Assembly (NCBI GenBank): GCA_965215125.1
Contig: OZ244052.1
Coordinates: forward strand, 1,760,001 to 1,824,000
Direction of reading: 5' to 3'
Origin: an uncultured candidatus Porisulfidus sp.
GTDB taxonomy: Bacteria; Pseudomonadota; Gammaproteobacteria; Poriferisulfidales; Oxydemutatoraceae
Length of the DNA: 64,000 bases
In this document: piece after piece, positions 63,394-64,000 of the stretch
Layout of the letters: the number at the start of each line of letters is the position of its first letter
Position numbering within the stretch: the stretch's first letter is position 1
Notes under the pieces: model-generated
Told to the model about the DNA's origin: nothing
Database searches by the model: none
What the model saw: only the letters and a program-made list of their open reading frames with translations
Made by a program: the position numbers and the translations under genes

Positions 63394-64000
63394 ATGCCAA
63401 GGTACAATCATTTAATAGCGGCGAATATCACCTCGCTACAGCAAGCAGAAGCGTTAAGGAATTGGATAAAAAACCGCGAGTTCGAGAAATACGAATCAAC
63501 CGAATATGCGTTTAGTCATAAGGGAGGGCGGCCGAAAAATAAACTTTATAAATTCCTGCTTGCCGATATTAACCGTCAGGTTATTATGAAAGTTTCGTAT
63601 ATAAATAAACGCTATAAGTGGACGCGTCAACTTGAATTGATATTAAAGCATTATTTACAGGATGCCAACTACAAGGCTTTTCGTGGTTGCGAGAAAGCCT
63701 ATTGCCATAATCTGGCAGCACCCGAACCGTTTGCTTATTGGAGAAAGCGCGACAGTTTGACACAGGTTAAGAGTTATTTTTATACCAATATATAGAGGCA
63801 GACGCTTATGTAGAAGAGATATACGGGAAATTAGTAAGGGCAAGCGGTATCGATTCAAAGCAAAAAAGGGCATTGATAAGGCAAAAAATCATCAATGCGC
63901 TTAAATCCCTTCATCGGCAAGGCATACGACACGGAGATGTAGTGCTACATAATATGGTAATGTCTAGCGAAAACACAGATGATTTATCAAGCGCAAGAGT
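63394..64000 (+). pseudogene. LPS-kinase-family paralog B, frameshifted; runs off the window end
   Basis: Collinear with paralog A; T5 at 63777-63781 versus T6 at 62880-62885; the shifted frame continues YQYIEA...LHRQGIRHGDVVLHN. Confidence 0.75.

Overview
Chromosomal window of a gammaproteobacterium, judged from the 23S/5S rRNA and the gene orders. A host-associated, possibly autotrophic lifestyle is only weakly suggested (CbbO-like gene, operons missing their usual members). Housekeeping blocks are carAB, pcnB-folK-dnk-panBC, lepB-rnc-era-pdxJ-acpS, trpS-scpAB-rluB-ilvB, rpsP-trmD-rplS, pepA-valS-ygfZ, lptFG and pip-dtd. They are interleaved with a type II R-M pair, an intact IS481, a decayed IS3 and an AT-rich set of glycan-modifying genes that occur as tandem paralog pairs. 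The most unusual items are: (1) a split rRNA operon, with tRNA-Ile/tRNA-Ala/23S under its own promoter, no 16S, and 5S 6 kb away on the opposite strand behind an unannotated 28-aa hydrophobic ORF at the head of lepB-rnc-era; (2) a modular mosaic intergenic repeat family whose hairpin stems covary, which brackets accessory genes and sits at synteny breaks; (3) a cytoplasmic Mo-enzyme plus an unusual FAD/NAD-ferredoxin reductase enclosed by ~87-bp inverted repeats; (4) a probable 2-oxoglutarate decarboxylase/semialdehyde dehydrogenase pair; and (5) a Zur-box-preceded outer-membrane protein with a His/Glu-rich loop. All protein assignments come from recognising motifs by eye; no searches were run.
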